A DNA stretch of 61,809 bases, the filler included, from Vannella sp. (Eukaryota), in NCBI GenBank assembly GCA_023345925.1. It is 7 parts of 7 records of this genome, joined end to end, with 100 filler letters (N's around TTAATTAATTAA, not from the genome) between each part and the next. Parts side by side here need not be neighbours in the genome. Positions count along the whole stretch, not along the records: positions 58,250 to 61,809 come from JAJQQN010000979.1; 6 more parts are not named here. One strand, 5' to 3'. Below the pieces are notes generated by a model. The model searched no databases, had not been told where the DNA came from, and saw nothing but the letters and a program-made list of their open reading frames with translations. Below are positions 59,141 to 61,809 of the stretch, one piece after another. Every line of letters begins with the position of its first letter. Position 1 is the first letter of the stretch. Made by a program: the position numbers and the translations under genes.

Positions 59141-61425
59141 TTATTGAGAGTCTGTTGGGGGTGTTTGAGTGGGTAGGTTAGCTTGGTAGCACTGGACGAG
59201 GGCCAGGAAGGGCGGGAAATTAGCGGGGACGACTTTGTAGTGTTGTTGGATCTCTTCTCCGTATGAAATGACATCAAGGGAGAGCTGAATAGCAATCTTC
59301 TCATCAACAGTGAGGCCAACAGTGGCTTCCTCAGCGTCCTTGGTTGGTTTAACGTACTTCTTGAGGATGGAACCTTGCTTTTGAGCAGTTTCCAGCATCT
59401 CTGTGGCCCATTCCGTGTACCTATCTCATTGAGTGAGTGTATATCGAAGCAAGGTACAGTTTCATACTTGATAGTGACGTGGGAGATGACGAAAAGCGCC
59501 CATTCTTGGCGAGTATCTGAAGAGAGTTGTTGGACGACTTCTGTGGCCAGGAATTGTTGGAGGCTGGCGAAGATGTTTCGCACATAGAAAGAAGGACGAC
59601 TAGGAGGTGCTTTGTTGGTGATTCGATAGGTTTGCATGATCCCTTTGACTGGCTGAAGTGATATCAGGCATTGTTCCGTTACCCGGCCACACAATTGATG
59701 GCCCACTTGTGCCATGACTTGCGTTAATCCAACAAGACGGGAGTAGCTATCTATCTCAACGTCAGCCCAGTTCCTCCAGCAAGCAAAGAGGCTCACTTTT
59801 CAAGATATTGAGAATCTCCACTTTCAGGGAAGGCTGCAGACTTTGCACTATCTGGACGTAGGAAGTGGGCATCTGAATTCTTGTAAGAGATAGTCATGCG
59901 CTAATGGACTTACTTTGGAGCAGAGGCGCTCCATATCGCGGAAAAGAAGGAGGCGATGCTCGTCTGAAAGGCCAGAATGGTCTGTTTGGGTTTCCTGAGA
60001 AGTGGAAGAGCTTGTGGTTTTTACCCAAGCAGAGAAGCGGGCAATAAGTTGCAACGAAAGCTTGAAGAAGCTATCTGTGAGGGCGGGAAGGAAAATTTCT
60101 GGGGTCCAGCACTCTTTGAGCTGCCCCCAAAGTATCTGGCTTTGCAGGAACACAAAGCCATCACTCTCCAGTGCCAAAACAGGAGCTTGCTGAACTGCCT
60201 TTTCCATGGCTTTGGCTATTGTTTGATAGCGAAGGCCAAAGTAGATTGTCACATTCCAACGCTTTTGAAAGTCAATGTAGGATGCGCTGCTTCGGAAGCG
60301 TTCCACTTCAGAAGGGCTATGAAAAAGAGCCTCAAAGTTGTCTAGGAACTGTTGTGATACCAAGAAGTTGGTGTGGAAGACATGAGGGAATCCCGCTCCA
60401 AAAGCCACGTTACATTGCGAGACCATCAGTTGGACAACGGACACAAAAACAGAGTTTGATAGAAAGTCAAACCCGCGGACCTTATTAGTTAACGCCAGAA
60501 GGAACTGGCACTCCCGCTTTGCCCATTCCAGTACTTTGCTAAAAATAAAGTCCAAACTCTCTTTCTCGTAGGTTGACTCGCAGATGACCTTGAAACATGA
60601 TTAGTAAGAGAGACAGGGTCTAGATTGACCTACTGTACGAAGGAAAGGCACTACATGGCGCTCTTTGTAGAGAAGCTCGACATCTGCAGTTCGGTCAATA
60701 GCAGAATAGGTTCTAAGGCAGTTGGTGATGACTGATTCATCTTTTGAGGCAAGGCCTTCAAGGAAGAGTGTCTCAAGACCCTCTTGCATGGTGGTTTCGA
60801 TGCGTTCAATGCGATTTCCAAGATTCTTGACGAAAGGAAGATCTTTTGTGCGGGAAACGTAGTACTTGAGCTGGTTGAAGTCGTTGGCCACTCTCTGAAT
60901 CAAGTTGCTCGTATCTTCATCGGAAGTGGTGAACCGAACAGGGTTCTCCTCGCCCACACGAAGAAGAGCTTCAATCTTGCAAACGATTCCGTGGATATCA
61001 AGGAACAGGGTGAGGCAATGGCGTTTCTCTTCAAGTTGACGCTTGCGAGAGAGCTTATTGGCAACTTCTGTCATCTCGTTTGTCACTGCAGTGCGAATGG
61101 TGGCGACTTCTTGTTGAAGAGAGGTTGTGGGAACCCTCAAGTGGTCAATGGTTGAGTCAATACCCTTCAGATTAGAGGAGAGATTAACAAAGTCCGCGTA
61201 GTCCTTATTGATCAGCTCCAACAACTGCGTTTCAAGAGCACTGTTGTATCTGCGTAGGTCAGCCAACACGCTCGTCAGAGGTAGCGAGCGCCGGTGCAAA
61301 TCAAGAAGAAACTGATCCACTGAGAACCCTTCTTCATCAAACACCTCCTTATTGAAGCACAAAGGCTTCCCCAAGCCCGGAGAGACCCGCAAAGCATCCG
61401 CAAGAGGAGACTTGATCTCCGCCAT
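59141..61425 (-). CDS. COG2: Conserved oligomeric Golgi complex subunit 2, spliced
   Basis: LCF..E.F....FSVDQFL, LINKDYADFVNLSSNL, WNVTIYF..R, YRITNK.PP..PS.YV. Confidence 0.92.
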
Positions 61426-61497
61426 CCTCCCAAATAATGACAATGATGAACAATCGTTGATTTATAATAAGTCACTAAATCTGCTATCAGCGAGGAC

Positions 61498-61581
61498 GTC
61501 TCCTCCTCTCCTTCTCCTCTCCTCCTCTCCTTCTCCTCTCCTCTCTCTGGTGTCCTCTCCTCCTCTCCCTTCTCCTCTCCT
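61498..61581 (+). repeat. CT-rich low-complexity tract in a divergent promoter region
   Basis: Imperfect CTCCTCT repeats. Confidence 0.6.
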
Positions 61582-61732
61582 GAGGCCAACAGAGGCTCTC
61601 CTGAGACTTCCTTACGAAAATCCGGAATCCGGTACAATCCTCTGCACCGCCAAGGAGGCAGCCCAGGCAGAGAGAAGAATAAGACAGGATCCTCTGGAAG
61701 GGACAGAATGACCAAGTTTCCCATTCCTTGGG

Positions 61733-61809
61733 ATGCCCTTTGGCTTCCACACGCTCCTCCTCTCCCTCGAAGGGGGCCTTTTGGCTTTTGGCTGCAACGG
61801 TGAAGGCCA
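61733..61809 (+). CDS. RCC1-repeat protein, 5' part (runs off the window)
   Basis: MPFGFHTLLLSLEGGLLAFGCNGEG matches the RCC1 repeat GxxHxxxLxxxGxxxxxGxNxxGQ; true start uncertain. Confidence 0.6.
   Translation, partial: MPFGFHTLLLSLEGGLLAFGCNGEG

Overview
Compact eukaryotic nuclear DNA, not prokaryotic. It has about 40 protein genes, very short intergenic spacers and many 40-95 nt GT-AG introns with CTNAY-like branch points. Seven contigs are joined by six artificial 100-nt N/TTAATTAATTAA spacers, so synteny across the spacers is not trustworthy. Gene content (nuclear Cox1-c, SH2 protein, PH-RasGEF, LRR-GAIN receptor, VWA-Hint) suggests an amoeboid protist, possibly amoebozoan (inference). 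Most genes are housekeeping: RPC3, gamma-tubulin, SHQ1, HIBADH, ACC, VAMP7, GIGYF, COG2, cyclophilin, ALDH3 and others. The standout is invisible to the ORF track. An ankyrin-repeat gene at 37156-38853 has its two beta-hairpin loops encoded by two arrays of 8 and 10 consecutive single-codon (3-nt) phase-0 microexons. A second ankyrin gene at 19623-21718 has the same loop encoded by 12-nt microexons. Together they suggest a splicing-based system for diversifying ankyrin binding loops. Also notable: a selenocysteine GPx with an atypical three-way-junction SECIS, a nucleus-encoded Cox1 C-terminal fragment, a single-TM LRR-mucin-GAIN receptor, a U-box-VWA-Hint protein and a MITE-like inverted repeat. 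All gene models were spliced by eye and need RNA-seq confirmation.
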